Shown here: in pieces, positions 62,377 through 64,000 of the stretch
Layout: the number at the start of each line of letters is the position of its first letter
Position numbering within the stretch: the first letter of the stretch is position 1
Source of the DNA: an uncultured delta proteobacterium
GTDB lineage: Bacteria; Desulfobacterota; Binatia; UBA9968
Assembly (NCBI GenBank): GCA_963804165.1
Contig: CAWDPO010000004.1
Span: 64,001 to 128,000 of the forward strand
Direction: 5' to 3'
Length of the DNA stretch: 64,000 nucleotides
The notes under the pieces: model-generated
Database searches by the model: none
What the model was told of the DNA's origin: nothing
Seen by the model: only the letters and a program-made list of their open reading frames with translations
Made by a program: the position numbers and the translations under genes

Positions 62377-62672
62377 CTTGTCGACCGTTACCAAGCAAAA
62401 TAGCAGATAATTTTGATAAGAGTCCAAAAGACGAAAGGGGTCAAGATTATGAAAAAGACAACTCTGGACTGACCTCCCGAGCAATTAATTTGTGTTTGCC
62501 CGCCTTGTCATCGGGTTAAGCCAAAGCTCGCCAACGCCAAGTAACTCTGCGAAAATGTTTTTGGAGACTAAATTACTCTTCGAGCGACGGTCGAATACTT
62601 GTTTGTGCTTGACATTAAGTTGTTGATGGGCCCAAAATTCTGCATTCAGAGACAGCGAAAGGGGGCGTACTC

Positions 62673-63029
62673 ATGAAACGGTCGTTATTTTTGGTTATTG
62701 GCACTACCGTCTTATCGTTTAGTTTGTTGACTCCGGCGAGTCGCGGCTTCGCTGAACAAGCAGTCGAGGATGGAGCCCAGCAAAGAAGACCAGGCTTCTT
62801 TCATATTCTTGGAAGCATCGTGTTTACTACGCTACATTTGCCCGCTAAGTTAGTAACATGCGTTGGAACACAAGCGACTGCTGCGGTAGCCTACACAGCG
62901 ACGTTCGGTGTTGAAGGTAACTACGACGGCGGAACCAACGGGAGAGATATCGGCGAAACGGCGCGGCGTTCCTGCACTGGGTCCTGGATTGTGCGGCCAT
63001 CTCAGGTGGTGCGAGATTATGGTGAATGA
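62673..63029 (+). CDS. Secreted hypothetical protein
   Basis: Signal peptide; GGGGG RBS-like sequence; TTGACA upstream. Confidence 0.65.
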   Translation: MKRSLFLVIGTTVLSFSLLTPASRGFAEQAVEDGAQQRRPGFFHILGSIVFTTLHLPAKLVTCVGTQATAAVAYTATFGVEGNYDGGTNGRDIGETARRSCTGSWIVRPSQVVRDYGE

Positions 63030-63153
63030 TTAACCTAACGCAGTTACCTGAATGCGCAACTCGTCAGTAATGACCAGCTCGATCGAGAAGTTCCCTTATT
63101 TTCAATGGATCGAAGGTTTTCTGTTTAAGAAAATACTGGGCGTTAACAATACT

Positions 63154-63666
63154 CTAATATAGTGATTCCACGTATTGATTGACTGGCTCCGGCAGTAGGT
63201 CTTGTGGGTGATCGCCACCCATGGTTGTCCATTTACTTTTTCCAACTATAACTGCGGAAGCGATCTCGGCTCCTAAAGCAACATCGTATATAGAGATCTT
63301 GAGTTCAATTCTATCTGGTATGCCGGACCATTCAGTGGCTCGGTCTTCCCAATGCAAAATGTCTGGCTCAGCAAAATATGCGTACTTCTCGGTTGGTATG
63401 ATCTTTAAAGATTCGAGTCCTAAGCAGTCCTCTGATATGTAGATATTATTCGAAAACCGAGAGAATGCGGCCTTTAACGTATTTGCCGTCATTTTCCCAG
63501 AGTTTTTGTATTCAATTTTACCATACCACCCGTTCTTTGAAGTCGAAATAAAAACACCTTTGGCGCGTTCAAGCTTTGATAAAGGGCTTTTTAGAATCTG
63601 CTGATTATAGCTTGCTGCACACCCCGAAAGAAAAATACCTATCGAAACGATAAGTAGCACGTTCAT
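63154..63666 (-). CDS. DUF4823-like lipoprotein
   Basis: LSGC lipobox; ILHWEDRATEWSG and GGDHPQDLL motifs. Confidence 0.75.
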   Translation of the reverse strand: MNVLLIVSIGIFLSGCAASYNQQILKSPLSKLERAKGVFISTSKNGWYGKIEYKNSGKMTANTLKAAFSRFSNNIYISEDCLGLESLKIIPTEKYAYFAEPDILHWEDRATEWSGIPDRIELKISIYDVALGAEIASAVIVGKSKWTTMGGDHPQDLLPEPVNQYVESLY

Positions 63667-64000
63667 TATATATCCTCTTTGACTTAGTCTATTCGACTCT
63701 ACAATTGTGCACTTTTAGTGCTGTTAGCAAAATTCGTAATAGTAACGGCGTTCATGTGTCAACAAAGTCTAATCGGAAATAAATGGTGGCTGGCGACTAA
63801 AGTGATCCGCTCGAACTCACTTGACTCACTGGTCAACTTTCGATTTTTACCTACGCTAAGTGCCGAACGAGACATTGTCAATTAAAATTAGCGTTATGCC
63901 GAGACGTTCGGAAATAGTGACGGACGGGACGCAATTAGGCGAACCGCATTGCAATGCCAAGGTCTGTTTGTTGCGCACGACCCTAGAGGATTTCACTTAT

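Noticed and set aside
63945-63960. sigma54-like TTGGCATTGCAATGCG on the minus strand
   Set aside because: GG-to-GC spacing is 9 rather than 10; it is simply a short palindrome

Overview
Bacterial chromosomal window of moderately high GC. Gene style suggests a deltaproteobacterial-type lineage, possibly Candidatus Binatia; this is an inference. The sequence has many single-base indels, so numerous genes appear as frameshifted pieces, most simply explained as uncorrected long-read errors. Layout: (1) 1-8.9 kb holds tadA, tRNA-Arg(ACG), tRNA-Ser(GCT), a sigma54-type ABC transporter operon, a 5'-truncated MBL/beta-CASP gene and tRNA-Ser(TGA). (2) About 8.9-20.9 kb is a capsid-less, PICI-like integrative element on the 5' side of tRNA-Ser(TGA). 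It carries a tyrosine integrase whose ORF ends inside the tRNA and whose first catalytic Arg motif is altered, two HTH genes, two tandem P27-type small terminase-like genes, a PriCT-1/AAA_25 replicase and small-protein/receiver cargo. (3) 20.9-31.8 kb holds a hydrolase, a Bug pseudogene, serS, yraN, rnhB, gatCAB and a SPOR lipoprotein. (4) 31.9-40.5 kb is a signalling-like cluster: MshEN-fused AAA ATPase, sigma54 activator, SH3-retropepsin, DUF4388 protein, output-less HAMP protein and an SBP-LysM fusion. (5) 40.6-64 kb is a Tad/Flp pilus locus followed by DsbA, GT-C, prenyltransferase-repeat and Tat-DUF362 genes, and flanked on the other side by a diguanylate cyclase, histidine kinase, second GT-C and EAL gene, with several sigma54 promoters. 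The best candidates for undescribed biology are the integrase/tRNA overlap and twin-TerS satellite, the MshEN-ATPase/sigma54/c-di-GMP circuit around Tad, and a putative pilus-modification module.
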